A stretch of DNA of 64,000 nt from Auanema rhodensis (Eukaryota; Animalia; Nematoda). Both the position numbers and the translations under genes were made by a program. Every line of letters begins with the position of its first letter. Position 1 is the stretch's first letter. Below, piece by piece: positions 40,981-55,692 of this stretch. The stretch lies in NCBI GenBank assembly GCA_964057225.1, contig OZ059900.1:13454001-13518000 (forward strand), read 5' to 3'. Under the pieces are notes generated by a model that did no database searches, had not been told where the DNA came from, and saw nothing but the letters and a program-made list of their open reading frames with translations.

Positions 40981-42104
40981 CCTGAATAGATTTGGTTTAA
41001 TTACCCAAGTTAAAGGTAGTATCTCAATCAAACCAGAGAACTTCTGAGTTGGAAATACATTTTGGAAAGCACACCATGAGTGTGCAATATTGAAAACTGT
41101 CTGTCTTAGTATGATTATATGACACTATAGATGCCAAAGCAAAACAAATTTGAATATGAACATGACGCGTCTTTTACATTATAGTTTGACTTGTTAAAGC
41201 TTTGTATAGCTTTGTACACTGATCACATATACGGCGATAGGCTAGAACACTTCATAAGTTTCCTGAATAGATTTGGTTTAATTACCCAAGTTAAAGGTAG
41301 TATCTCAATCTAACCAGAGAACTTCTGAGTTGGAAATACATTTTGGAAAGCACACCATGAGTGTGCAATATTGAAAACTGTCTGTCTTAGTATGATTATA
41401 TGACACTATAGATGCCAAAGCAAAACAAATTTGAATATGAACATGACGCGTCTTTTACATTATAGTTTGACTTGTTAAAGCTTTGTATAGCTTTGTACAC
41501 TGATCACATATACGGCGATAGGCTAGAACACTTCATAAGTTTCCTGAATAGATTTGGTTTAATTACCCAAGTTAAAGGTAGTATCTCAATCAAACCAGAG
41601 AACTTCTGAGTTGGAAATACATTTTGGAAAACACACCATGAGTGTGCAATATTGAAAACTGTCTGTCTTAGTATGATTATATGACACTATAGATGCCAAA
41701 GCAAAACAATTTTGAATATGAACATGACGCGTCTTTTACATTATAGTTTGACCGGAAAAAGCTTTGTATAGCTTTGTACACTGATCACATATACGGCGAT
41801 AGGCTAGAACAGTTCATAAGTTTCCTGAATAGATTTGGTTTAATTACCCAAGTTAGAGGTAGTATCTCAATCTAACCAGAGAACTTCTGAGTTGGAAATA
41901 CATTTTGGAAAGCACACCATGAGTGTGCAATATTGAAAACTGTCTGTCTTAGTATGATTATATGACACTATAGATGCCAAAGCAAAACAAATTTGAATAT
42001 GAACATGACGCGTCTTTTACATTATAGTTTGACCGGAAAAAGCTTTGTATAGCTTTGTACACTGATCACATATACGGCGATAGGCTAGAACAGTTCATAA
42101 GTTT

Positions 42105-45100
42105 CCTGAATAGATTTGGTTTAATTACCCAAGTTAAAGGTAGTATCTCAATCTAACCAGAGAACTTCTGAGTTGGAAATACATTTTGGAAAGCACACCA
42201 TGAGTGTGCAATATTGAAAACTGTCTGTCTTAGTATGATTATATGACACTATAGATGCCAAAGCAAAACAAATTTGAATATGAACATGACGCGTCTTTTA
42301 CATTATAGTTTGACTTGTTAAAGCTTTGTATAGCTTTATACACTGATCACATATACGGCGAGAGGCTGGAACAGTTTATAAGTTTCCTGAATAGATTTGG
42401 TTTAATTACCCAAGTTAGAGGTAGTATCTCAATCTAACCAGAGAACTTCTGAGTTGGAAATACATTTTGGAAAGCACACCATGAGTGTGCAATATTGAAA
42501 ACTGTCTGTCTTAGTATGATTATATAACACTATAGATGCCAAAGCAAAACAAATTTGAATATGAACATGACGCGTCTTTTACATTATAGTTTGACCGGAT
42601 AAAGCTTTGTATAGCTTTGTACACTGATCACATATACGGCGATAGGCTAGAACAGTTCATAAGTTTCCTGAATAGATTTGGTTTAATTACCCAAGTTAAA
42701 GGTAGTATCTCAATCTAACCAGAGAACTTCTGAGTTGGAAATACATTTTGGAAAGCACACCATGAGTGTGCAATATTGAAAACTGTCTGTCTTAGTATGA
42801 TTATATGACACTATAGATGCCAAAGCAAAACAAATTTGAATATGAACATGACGCGTCTTTTACATTATAGTTTGACTTGTTAAAGCTTTGTATAGCTTTG
42901 TACACTGATCACATATACGGCGAGAGGCTAGAACAGTTTATAAGTTTCCTGAATAGATTTGGTTTAATTACCCAAGTTAGAGGTAGTTTCTCAATCTAAC
43001 CAGAGAACTTCTGAGTTGGAAATACATTTTGGAAAGCACACCATGAGTGTGCAATATTGAAAACTGTCTGTCTTAGTATGATTATATAACACTATAGATG
43101 CCAAAGCAAAACAAATTTGAATATGAACATGACGCGTCTTTTACATTATAGTTTGACCGGATAAAGCTTTGTATAGCTTTGTACACTGATCACATATACG
43201 GCGATAGGCTAGAACAGTTCATAAGTTTCCTGAAAAGATTTGGTTTAATTACCCAAGTTAAAGGTAGTATCTCAATCTAACCAGAGAACTTCTGAGTTGG
43301 AAATACATTTTGGAAAGCACACCATGAGTGTGCAATATTGAAAACTGTCTGTCTTAGTATGATTATATGACACTATAGATGCCAAAGCAAAACAAATTTG
43401 AATATGAACATGACGCGTCTTTTACATTATAGTTTGACTTGTTAAAGCTTTGTATAGCTTTGTACACTGATCACATATACGGCGAGAGGCTAGAACAGTT
43501 TATAAGTTTCCTGAATAGATTTGGTTTAATTACCCAAGTTAGAGGTAGTATCTCAATCTAACCAGAGAACTTCTGAGTTGGAAATACATTTTGGAAAGCA
43601 CACCATGAGTGTGCAATATTGAAAACTGTCTGTCTTAGTATGATTATATAACACTATAGATGCCAAAGCAAAACAAATTTGAATATGAACATGACGCGTC
43701 TTTTACATTATAGTTTGACCGGATAAAGCTTTGTATAGCTTTGTACACTGATCACATATACGGCGATAGGCTAGAACAGTTCATAAGTTTCCTGAATAGA
43801 TTTGGTTTAATTACCCAAGTTAAAGGTAGTATCTCAATCTAACCAGAGAACTTCTGAGTTGGAAATACATTTTGGAAAGCACACCATGAGTGTGCAATAT
43901 TGAAAACTGTCTGTCTTAGTATGATTATATAACACTATAGATGCCAAAGCAAAACAAATTTGAATATGAACATGACGCGTCTTTTACATTATAGTTTGAC
44001 TGGATAAAGCTTTGTATAGCTTTGTACACTGATCACTTATACGGCGATAGGCTAGAACAGTTCATAAGTTTCCTGAATAGATTTGGTTTAATTACCCAAG
44101 TTAGAGGTAGTATCTCAATCTAACCAGAGAACTTCTGAGTTGGAAATACATTTTGGAAAGCACACCATGAGTGTGCAATATTGAAAACTGTCTGTCTTAG
44201 TATGATTATATGACACTATAGATGCCAAAGCAAAACAAATTTGAATATGAACATGACGCGTCTTTTACATTATAGTTTGACCGGAAAAAGCTTTGTATAG
44301 CTTTGTACACTGATCACATATACGGCGATAGGCTAGAACAGTTCATAAGTTTCCTGAATAGATTTGGTTTAATTACCCAAGTTAAAGGTAGTATCTCAAT
44401 CTAACCAGAGAACTTCTGAGTTGGAAATACATTTTGGAAAGCACACCATGAGTGTGCAATATTGAAAACTGTCTGTCTTAGTATGATTATATGACACTAT
44501 AGATGCCAAAGCAAAACAAATTTGAATATGAACATGACGCGTCTTTTACATTATAGTTTGACTTGTTAAAGCTTTGTATAGCTTTGTACACTGATCACAT
44601 ATACGGCGAGAGGCTGGAACAGTTTATAAGTTTCCTGAATAGATTTGGTTTAATTACCCAAGTTAGAGGTAGTATCTCAATCTAACCAGAGAACTTCTGA
44701 GTTGGAAATACATTTTGGAAAGCACACCATGAGTGTGCAATATTGAAAACTGTCTGTCTTAGTATGATTATATAACACTATAGATGCCAAAGCAAAACAA
44801 ATTTGAATATGAACATGACGCGTCTTTTACATTATAGTTTGACTTGTTAAAGCTTTGTATAGCTTTGTACACTGATCACATATACGGCGAGAGGCTAGAA
44901 CAGTTTATAAGTTTCCTGAATAGATTTGGTTTGATTACCCAAGTTAAAGGTAGTATCTCAATCTAACCAGAGAACTTCTGAGTTGGAAATACATTTTGGA
45001 AAGCACACCATGAGTGTGCAATATTGAAAACTGTCTGTCTTAGTATGATTATATAACACTATAGATGCCAAAGCAAAACAAATTTGAATATGAACATGAC

Positions 45101-48100
45101 GCGTCTTTTACATTATAGTTTGACCGGATAAAGCTTTGTATAGCTTTGTACACTGATCACATATACGGCGATAGGCTAGAACAGTTCATAAGTTTCCTGA
45201 ATAGATTTGGTTTAATTACCCAAGTTAAAGGTAGTATCTCAATCTAACCAGAGAACTTCTGAGTTGGAAATACATTTTGGAAAGCACACCATGAGTGTGC
45301 AATATTGAAAACTGTCTGTCTTAGTATGATTATATGACACTATAGATGCCAAAGCAAAACAAATTTGAATATGAACATGACGCGTCTTTTACATTATAGT
45401 TTGACTTGTTAAAGCTTTGTATAGCTTTGTACACTGATCACATATACGGCGAGAGGCTAGAACAGTTTATAAGTTTCCTGAATAGATTTGGTTTAATTAC
45501 CCAAGTTAGAGGTAGTATCTCAATCTAACCAGAGAACTTCTGAGTTGGAAATACATTTTGGAAAGCACACCATGAGTGTGCAATATTGAAAACTGTCTGT
45601 CTTAGTATGATTATATAACACTATAGATGCCAAAGCAAAACAAATTTGAATATGAACATGACGCGTCTTTTACATTATAGTTTGACCGGATAAAGCTTTG
45701 TATAGCTTTGTACACTGATCACATATACGGCGATAGGCTAGAACAGTTCATAAGTTTCCTGAAAAGATTTGGTTTAATTACCCAAGTTAAAGGTAGTATC
45801 TCAATCTAACCAGAGAACTTCTGAGTTGGAAATACATTTTGGAAAGCACACCATGAGTGTGCAATATTGAAAACTGTCTGTCTTAGTATGATTATATGAC
45901 ACTATAGATGCCAAAGCAAAACAAATTTGAATATGAACATGACGCGTCTTTTACATTATAGTTTGACTTGTTAAAGCTTTGTATAGCTTTGTACACTGAT
46001 CACATATACGGCGAGAGGCTAGAACAGTTTATAAGTTTCCTGAATAGATTTGGTTTAATTACCCAAGTTAGAGGTAGTATCTCAATCTAACCAGAGAACT
46101 TCTGAGTTGGAAATACATTTTGGAAAGCACACCATGAGTGTGCAATATTGAAAACTGTCTGTCTTAGTATGATTATATAACACTATAGATGCCAAAGCAA
46201 AACAAATTTGAATATGAACATGACGCGTCTTTTACATTATAGTTTGACCGGATAAAGCTTTGTATAGCTTTGTACACTGATCACATATACGGCGATAGGC
46301 TAGAACAGTTCATAAGTTTCCTGAATAGATTTGGTTTAATTACCCAAGTTAAAGGTAGTATCTCAATCTAACCAGAGAACTTCTGAGTTGGAAATACATT
46401 TTGGAAAGCACACCATGAGTGTGCAATATTGAAAACTGTCTGTCTTAGTATGATTATATAACACTATAGATGCCAAAGCAAAACAAATTTGAATATGAAC
46501 ATGACGCGTCTTTTACATTATAGTTTGACCGGATAAAGCTTTGTATAGCTTTGTATAGCTTTGTACACTGATCACTTATACGGCGATAGGCTAGAACAGT
46601 TCATAAGTTTCCTGAATAGATTTGGTTTAATTACCCAAGTTAGAGGTAGTATCTCAATCTAACCAGAGAACTTCTGAGTTGGAAATACATTTTGGAAAGC
46701 ACACCATGAGTGTGCAATATTGAAAACTGTCTGTCTTAGTATGATTATATAACACTATAGATGCCAAAGCAAAACAAATTTGAATATGAACATGACGCGT
46801 CTTTTACATTATAGTTTGACCGGATAAAGCTTTGTATAGCTTTGTACACTGATCACATATACGGCGATAGGCTAGAACAGTTCATAAGTTTCCTGAATAG
46901 ATTTGGTTTAATTACCCAAGTTAAAGGTAGTATCTCAATCTAACCAGAGAACTTCTGAGTTGGAATTACATTTTGGAAAGCACACCATGAGTGTGCAATA
47001 TTGAAAACTGTCTGTCTTAGTATGATTATATAACACTATAGATGCCAAAGCAAAACAAATTTGAATATGAACATGACGCGTCTTTTACATTATAGTTTGA
47101 CCGGATAAAGCTTTGTATAGCTTTGTACACTGATCACATATACGGCGATAGGCTAGAACAGTTCATAAGTTTCCTGAAAAGATTTGGTTTAATTACCCAA
47201 GTTAAAGGTAGTATCTCAATCTAACCAGAGAACTTCTGAGTTGGAAATACATTTTGGAAAGCACACCATGAGTGTGCAATATTGAAAACTGTCTGTCTTA
47301 GTATGATTATATGACACTATAGATGCCAAAGCAAAACAAATTTGAATATGAACATGACGCGTCTTTTACATTATAGTTTGACTTGTTAAAGCTTTGTATA
47401 GCTTTGTACACTGATCACATATACGGCGAGAGGCTAGAACAGTTTATAAGTTTCCTGAATAGATTTGGTTTAATTACCCAAGTTAGAGGTAGTATCTCAA
47501 TCTAACCAGAGAACTTCTGAGTTGGAAATACATTTTGGAAAGCACACCATGAGTGTGCAATATTGAAAACTGTCTGTCTTAGTATGATTATATAACACTA
47601 TAGATGCCAAAGCAAAACAAATTTGAATATGAACATGACGCGTCTTTTACATTATAGTTTGACCGGATAAAGCTTTGTATAGCTTTGTACACTGATCACA
47701 TATACGGCGATAGGCTAGAACAGTTCATAAGTTTCCTGAATAGATTTGGTTTAATTACCCAAGTTAGAGGTAGTATCTCAATCTAACCAGAGAACTTCTG
47801 AGTTGGAAATACATTTTGGAAAGCACACCATGAGTGTGCAATATTGAAAACTGTCTGTCTTAGTATGATTATATAACACTATAGATGCCAAAGCAAAACA
47901 AATTTGAATATGAACATGACGCGTCTTTTACATTATAGTTTGACTTGTTAAAGCTTTGTATAGCTTTGTACACTGATCACATATACGGCGAGAGGCTAGA
48001 ACAGTTTATAAGTTTCCTGAATAGATTTGGTTTAATTACCCAAGTTAAAGGTAGTATCTCAATCTAACCAGAGAACTTCTGAGTTGGAAATACATTTTGG

Positions 48101-50544
48101 AAAGCACACCATGAGTGTGCAATATTGAAAACTGTCTGTCTTAGTATGATTATATAACACTATAGATGCCAAAGCAAAACAAATTTGAATATGAACATGA
48201 CGCGTCTTTTACATTATAGTTTGACCGGATAAAGCTTTGTATAGCTTTTTACACTGATCACATATACGGCGATAGGCTAGAACAGTTCATAAGTTTCCTG
48301 AATAGATTTGGTTTAATTACCCAAGTTAAAGGTAGTATCTCAATCTAACCAGAGAACTTCTGAGTTGGAAATACATTTTGGAAAGCACACCATGAGTGTG
48401 CAATATTGAAAACTGTCTGTCTTAGTATGATTATATAACACTATAGATGCCAAAGCAAAACAAATTTGAATATGAACATGACGCGTCTTTTACATTATAG
48501 TTTGACCGGATAAAGCTTTGTATAGCTTTTTACACTGATCACATATACGGCGATAGGCTAGAACAGTTCATAAGTTTCCTGAATAGATTTGGTTTAATTA
48601 CCCAAGTTAAAGGTAGTATCTCAATCTAACCAGAGAACTTCTGAGTTGGAAATACATTTTGGAAAGCACACCATGAGTGTGCAATATTGAAAACTGTCTG
48701 TCTTAGTATGATTATATGACACTATAGATGCCAAAGCAAAACAAATTTGAATATGAACATGACGCGTCTTTTACATTATAGTTTGACTTGTTAAAGCTTT
48801 GTATAGCTTTGTACACTGATCACATATACGGCGAGAGGCTAGAACAGTTTATAAGTTTCCTGAATAGATTTGGTTTAATTACCCAAGTTAGAGGTAGTAT
48901 CTCAATCTAACCAGAGAACTTCTGAGTTGGAAATACATTTTGGAAAGCACACCATGAGTGTGCAATATTGAAAACTGTCTGTCTTAGTATGATTATATAA
49001 CACTATAGATGCCAAAGCAAAACAAATTTGAATATGAACATGACGCGTCTTTTACATTATAGTTTGACCGGATAAAGCTTTGTATAGCTTTGTACACTGA
49101 TCACATATACGGCGATAGGCTAGAACAGTTCATAAGTTTCCTGAAAAGATTTGGTTTAATTACCCAAGTTAAAGGTAGTATCTCAATCTAACCAGAGAAC
49201 TTCTGAGTTGGAAATACATTTTGGAAAGCACACCATGAGTGTGCAATATTGAAAACTGTCTGTCTTAGTATGATTATATGACACTATAGATGCCAAAGCA
49301 AAACAAATTTGAATATGAACATGACGCGTCTTTTACATTATAGTTTGACTTGTTAAAGCTTTGTATAGCTTTGTACACTGATCACATATACGACGAGAGG
49401 CTAGAACAGTTTATAAGTTTCCTGAATAGATTTGGTTTAATTACCCAAGTTAGAGGTAGTATCTCAATCTAACCAGAGAACTTCTGAGTTGGAAATACAT
49501 TTTGGAAAGCACACCATGAGTGTGCAATATTGAAAACTGTCTGTCTTAGTATGATTATATAACACTATAGATGCCAAAGCAAAACAAATTTGAATATGAA
49601 CATGACGCGTCTTTTACATTATAGTTTGACCGGATAAAGCTTTGTATAGCTTTGTACACTGATCACATATACGGCGATAGGCTAGAACAGTTCATAAGTT
49701 TCCTGAATAGATTTGGTTTAATTACCCAAGTTAGAGGTAGTATCTCAATCTAACCAAAGAACTTCTGAGTTGGAAATACATTTTGGAAAGCACACCACGA
49801 GTGTGCAATATTGAAAACTGTCTGTCTTAGTATGATTATATAACACTATAGATGCCAAAGCAAAACAAATTTGAATATGAACATGACGCGTCTTTTACAT
49901 TATAGTTTGACCGGATAAAGCTTTGTATAGCTTTTTACACTGATCACATATACGGCGATAGGCTAGAACAGTTCATAAGTTTCCTGAATAGATTTGGTTT
50001 AATTACCCAAGTTAAAGGTAGTATCTCAATCTAACCAGAGAACTTCTGAGTTGGAAATACATTTTGGAAAGCACACCATGAGTGTGCAATATTGAAAACT
50101 GTCTGTCTTAGTATGATTATATGACACTATAGATGCCAAAGCAAAACAAATTTGAATATGAACATGACGCGTCTTTTACATTATAGTTTGACTTGTTAAA
50201 GCTTTGTATAGCTTTGTACACTGATCACATATACGGCGAGAGGCTAGAACAGTTCATAAGTTTCCTGAAAAGATTTGGTTTAATTACCCAAGTTAGAGGT
50301 AGTATCTCAATCTAACCAGAGAACTTCTGAGTTGGAAATACATTTTGGAAAGCACACCATGAGTGTGCAATATTGAAAACTGTCTGTCTTAGTATGATTA
50401 TATAACACTATAGATGCCAAAGCAAAACAAATTTGAATATGAACATGACGCGTCTTTTACATTATAGTTTGACCGGATAAAGCTTTGTATAGCTTTGTAC
50501 ACTGATCACATATACGGCGATAGGCTAGAACAGTTCATAAGTTT
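42105..50544. repeat. Domain of mostly alternating 281-bp monomers (562-bp dimer)
   Basis: Type x (TTAGAG, ATAACA, GACCGG) alternates with type y (TTAAAG, ATGACA, CTTGTT, GAGAGG, GTTTATA). Only one 291-bp unit (46320) among 30 units. Confidence 0.8.
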
Positions 50545-51116
50545 CCTGAAAAGATTTGGTTTAATTACCCAAGTTAAAGGTAGTATCTCAATCTAACCAG
50601 AGAACTTCTGAGTTGGAAATACATTTTGGAAAGCACACCATGAGTGTGCAATATTGAAAACTGTCTGTCTTAGTATGATTATATAACACTATAGATGCCA
50701 AAGCAAAACAAATTTGAATATGAACATGACGCGTCTTTTACATTATAGTTTGACCGGATAAAGCTTTGTATAGCTTTGTATAGCTTTGTACACTGATCAC
50801 ATATACGGCGATAGGCTAGAACAGTTCATAAGTTTCCTGAATAGATTTGGTTTAATTACCCAAGTTAAAGGTAGTATCTCAATCTAACCAGAGAACTTCT
50901 GAGTTGGAAATACATTTTGGAAAGCACACCATGAGTGTGCAATATTGAAAACTGTCTGTCTTAGTATGATTATATAACACTATAGATGCCAAAGCAAAAC
51001 AAATTTGAATATGAACATGACGCGTCTTTTACATTATAGTTTGACCGGATAAAGCTTTGTATAGCTTTGTACACTGATCACATATACGGCGATAGGCTAG
51101 AACAGTTCATAAGTTT

Positions 51117-53404
51117 CCTGAATAGATTTGGTTTAATTACCCAAGTTAGAGGTAGTATCTCAATCTAACCAGAGAACTTCTGAGTTGGAAATACATTTTG
51201 GAAAGCACACCATGAGTGTGCAATATTGAAAACTGTTTGTCTTAGTATGATTATATGACACTATAGATGCCAAAGCAAAACAAATTTGAATATGAACATG
51301 ACGCGTCTTTTACATTATAATTTGACCGGATAAAGCTTTGTATAGCTTTGTACACTGATCACATATACGGCGATAGGCTAGAACAGTTCATAAGTTTCCT
51401 GAATAGATTTGGTTTAATTACCCAAGTTAAAGGTAGTATCTCAATCTAACCAGAGAACTTCTGAGTTGGAAATACATTTTGGAAAGCACACCATGAGTGT
51501 GCAATATTGAAAACTGTCTGTCTTAGTATGATTATATAACACTATAGATGCCAAAGCAAAACAAATTTGAATATGAACATGACGCGTCTTTTACATTATA
51601 GTTTGACTTGTTAAAGCTTTGTATAGCTTTGTACACTGATCACATATACGGCGATAGGCTAGAACAGTTCATAAGTTTCCTGAATAGATTTGGTTTAATT
51701 ACCCAAGTTAGAGGTAGTATCTCAATCTAACCAGAGAACTTCTGAGTTGGAAATACATTTTGGAAAGCACACCACGAGTGTGCAATATTGAAAACTGTCT
51801 GTCTTAGTATGATTATATAACACTATAGATGCCAAAGCAAAACAAATTTGAATATGAACATGACGCGTCTTTTACATTATAGTTTGACCGGATAAAGCTT
51901 TGTATAGCTTTGTATAGCTTTGTACACTGATCACATATACGGCGATAGGCTAGAACAGTTCATAAGTTTCCTGAATAGATTTGGTTTAATTACCCAAGTT
52001 AGAGGTAGTATCTCAATCTAACCAGAGAACTTCTGAGTTGGAAATACATTTTGGAAAGCACACCACGAGTGTGCAATATTGAAAACTGTCTGTCTTAGTA
52101 TGATTATATAACACTATAGATGCCAAAGCAAAACAAATTTGAATATGAACATGACGCGTCTTTTACATTATAGTTTGACCGGATAAAGCTTTGTATAGCT
52201 TTGTATAGCTTTGTACACTGATCACATATACGGCGATAGGCTAGAACAGTTCATAAGTTTCCTGAATAGATTTGGTTTAATTACCCAAGTTAGAGGTAGT
52301 ATCTCAATCTAACCAGAGAACTTCTGAGTTGGAAATACATTTTGGAAAGCACACCATGAGTGTGCAATATTGAAAACTGTTTGTCTTAGTATGATTATAT
52401 GACACTATAGATGCCAAAGCAAAACAAATTTGAATATGAACATGACGCGTCTTTTACATTATAATTTGACCGGATAAAGCTTTGTATAGCTTTGTACACT
52501 GATCACATATACGGCGATAGGCTAGAACAGTTCATAAGTTTCCTGAATAGATTTGGTTTAATTACCCAAGTTAAAGGTAGTATCTCAATCTAACCAGAGA
52601 ACTTCTGAGTTGGAAATACATTTTGGAAAGCACACCATGAGTGTGCAATATTGAAAACTGTCTGTCTTAGTATGATTATATAACACTATAGATGCCAAAG
52701 CAAAACAAATTTGAATATGAACATGACGCGTCTTTTACATTATAGTTTGACTTGTTAAAGCTTTGTATAGCTTTGTACACTGATCACATATACGGCGATA
52801 GGCTAGAACAGTTCATAAGTTTCCTGAATAGATTTGGTTTAATTACCCAAGTTAGAGGTAGTATCTCAATCTAACCAGAGAACTTCTGAGTTGGAAATAC
52901 ATTTTGGAAAGCACACCACGAGTGTGCAATATTGAAAACTGTCTGTCTTAGTATGATTATATAACACTATAGATGCCAAAGCAAAACAAATTTGAATATG
53001 AACATGACGCGTCTTTTACATTATAGTTTGACCGGATAAAGCTTTGTATAGCTTTGTATAGCTTTGTACACTGATCACATATACGGCGATAGGCTAGAAC
53101 AGTTCATAAGTTTCCTGAATAGATTTGGTTTAATTACCCAAGTTAGAGGTAGTATCTCAATCTAACCAGAGAACTTCTGAGTTGGAAATACATTTTGGAA
53201 AGCACACCACGAGTGTGCAATATTGAAAACTGTCTGTCTTAGTATGATTATATAACACTATAGATGCCAAAGCAAAACAAATTTGAATATGAACATGACG
53301 CGTCTTTTACATTATAGTTTGACCGGATAAAGCTTTGTATAGCTTTGTATAGCTTTGTACACTGATCACATATACGGCGATAGGCTAGAACAGTTCATAA
53401 GTTT
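51117..53404. repeat. Tandem duplication of a 4-monomer block (2 x 1144 bp)
   Basis: Units 51117/51398/51679/51970 match 52261/52542/52823/53114 (lengths 281, 281, 291, 291) at all variant sites read. Confidence 0.85.
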
Positions 53405-55692
53405 CCTGAATAGATTTGGTTTAATTACCCAAGTTAGAGGTAGTATCTCAATCTAACCAGAGAACTTCTGAGTTGGAAATACATTTTGGAAAGCACACCA
53501 TGAGTGTGCAATATTGAAAATTGTCTGTCTTAGTATGATTATATGACACTATAGATGCCAAAGCAATATAAATTTGAATATGAACATGACGCGTCTTTTA
53601 CATTATAGTTTGACCGGATAAAGCTTTGTATAGCTTTGTATAGCTTTGTACACTGATCACATATACGGCGATAGGCTAGAACAGTTCATAAGTTTCCTGA
53701 ATAGATTTGGTTTAATTACCCAAGTTAGAGATAGTATCTCAATCTAACCAGAGAACTTCTGAGTTGGAAATACATTTTGGAAAGCACACCATGAGTGTGC
53801 AATATTGAAAACTGTCTGTCTTAGTGTAATTATATGACACTATAGATGCCAAAGCAATATAAATTTGAATATGAACATGACGCGTCTTTTACATTATAGT
53901 TTGACCGGATAAAGCTTTGTATAGCTTTGTATAGCTTTGTACACTGATCACATATACGGCGATAGGCTAGAACAGTTCATAAGTTTCCTGAATAGATTTG
54001 GTTTAATTACCCAAGTTAGAGGTAGTATCTCAATCTAACCAGAGAACTTCTGAGTTGGAAATACATTTTGGAAAGCACACCATGAGTGTGCAATATTGAA
54101 AATTGTCTGTCTTAGTATGATTATATGACACTATAGATGCCAAAGCAATATAAATTTGAATATGAACATGACGCGTCTTTTACATTATAGTTTGACCGGA
54201 TAAAGCTTTGTATAGCTTTGTATAGCTTTGTACACTGATCACATATACGGCGATAGGCTAGAACAGTTCATAAGTTTCCTGAATAGATTTGGTTTAATTA
54301 CCCAAGTTAGAGGTAGTATCTCAATCTAACCAGAGAACTTCTGAGTTGGAAATACATTTTGGAAAGCACACCACGAGTGTGCAATATTGAAAATTGTCTG
54401 TCTTAGTATGATTATATGACACTATAGATGCCAAAGCAAAACAAATTTGAATATGAACATGACGCGTCTTTTACATTATAGTTTGACCGGATAAAGCTTT
54501 GTATAGCTTTGTACACTGATCACATATACGGCGATAGGCTAGAACAGTTCATAAGTTTCCTGAATAGATTTGGTTTAATTACCCAAGTTAGAGGTAGTAT
54601 CTCAATCTAACCAGAGAACTTCTGAGTAGGAAATTCATTTTGGAAAGCACACCATGAGTGTGCAATATTGAAAACTGTCTGTCTTAGTATGATTATATGA
54701 CACTATAGATGCCAAAGCAAAACAAATTTGAATATGAACATGACGCGTCTTTTACATTATAGTTTGACTTGTTAAAGCTTTGTATAGCTTTGTACACTGA
54801 TCACATATACGGCGATAGGCTAGAACAGTTTATAAGTTTCCTGAATAGATTTGGTTTAATTACCCAAGTTAGAGGTAGTATCTCAATCTAACCAGAGAAC
54901 TTCTGAGTTGGAAATACATTTTGGAAAGCACACCATGAGTGTGCAATATTGAAAACTGTCTGTCTTAGTATGATTATATGACACTATAGATGCCAAAACA
55001 AAACAAATTTGAATATGAACATGACGCGTCTTTTACATTATAGTTTGACCGGATAAAGCTTTGTATAGCTTTGTATAGCTCTGTACACTGATCACATATA
55101 CGGCGAGAGGCTAGAACAGTTTATAAGTTTCCTGAATAGATTTGGTTTAATTACCCAAGTTAGAGGTAGTATCTCAATCTAACCAGAGAACTTCTGAGTT
55201 GGAAATACATTTTGGAAAGCACACCATGAGTGTGCAATATTGAAAATTGTCTGTCTTAGTATGATTATATGACACTATAGATGCCAAAGCAAAACAAATT
55301 TGAATATGAACATGACGCGTCTTTTACATTATAGTTTGACCGGATAAAGCTTTGTATAGCTTTGTACACTGATCACATATACGGCGAGAGGCTAGAACAG
55401 TTTATAAGTTTCCTGAATAGATTTGGTTTAATTACCCAAGTTAGAGGTAGTATCTCAATCTAACCAGAGAATTTCTGAGTTGGAAATACATTTTGGAAAG
55501 CACACCATGAGTGTGCAATATTGAAAACTGTTTGTCTTAGTATGATTATATGACACTATAGATGCCAAAGCAAAACAAATTTGAATATGAACATGACGCG
55601 TCTTTTACATTATAATTTGACCGGATAAAGCTTTGTATAGCTTTGTACACTGATCACATATACGGCGATAGGCTAGAACAGTTCATAAGTTT

